Source of the DNA: Heterodontus francisci
Lineage: Eukaryota
Length of the DNA: 64,000 nucleotides
Reading direction: 5' to 3'
Assembly (NCBI RefSeq): GCF_036365525.1
Contig: NC_090376.1
Location: 138,024,986 to 138,088,985 of the forward strand
Shown: positions 63,901 to 64,000 of the stretch, piece by piece
How the letters are laid out: the number at the start of each line of letters is the position of its first letter
Position numbering within the stretch: the stretch's first letter is position 1
The notes under the pieces: model-generated
The model's database searches: none
Told to the model about the DNA's origin: nothing
Seen by the model: only the letters and a program-made list of their open reading frames with translations
Translations under genes and position numbers: made by a program

Positions 63901-64000
63901 TTTGTCTTCTCACATCACACTTCCACCTTACAAGCTGCAGATACTTGCCCCTTCCTCTCCTCACTGCAACCTTACCCTTGTCCCTTTTTACTTTCAGATA

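Noticed and set aside
1-64000. CRISPR arrays, operons or other prokaryotic systems
   Set aside because: Eukaryotic repeat landscape with no regularly spaced repeat-spacer units and no dense coding.

Overview
Repeat-rich vertebrate DNA, most likely from a shark or other cartilaginous fish. That assignment is inferred from HE1-like V-SINEs, SacSINE1/Deu-like SINEs and abundant CR1-group LINEs. No host protein-coding gene can be supported; essentially all longer ORFs are transposon fragments. Main contents: (i) a two-LTR, internally deleted Gmr1-like Ty3/gypsy element (47209-55080) carrying a LINE that itself carries a SINE; (ii) several solo LTRs with 4-bp TSDs, including one nested antisense inside another; (iii) CR1, L2, RTE and a second APE-RT LINE family; (iv) a PIF/Harbinger system consisting of a decayed transposase (~1.6-2.4 kb), an intron-containing Myb/SANT partner gene broken by nested insertions (59.5-63.4 kb), and about a dozen GC-rich MITEs with GGGCTGGATTTT-type TIRs and 3-bp TSDs. 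Most of these MITEs carry a near-perfect splice donor, often with promoter-like motifs. There are two assembly gaps. Boundaries were read by eye and are approximate unless a TSD is quoted.
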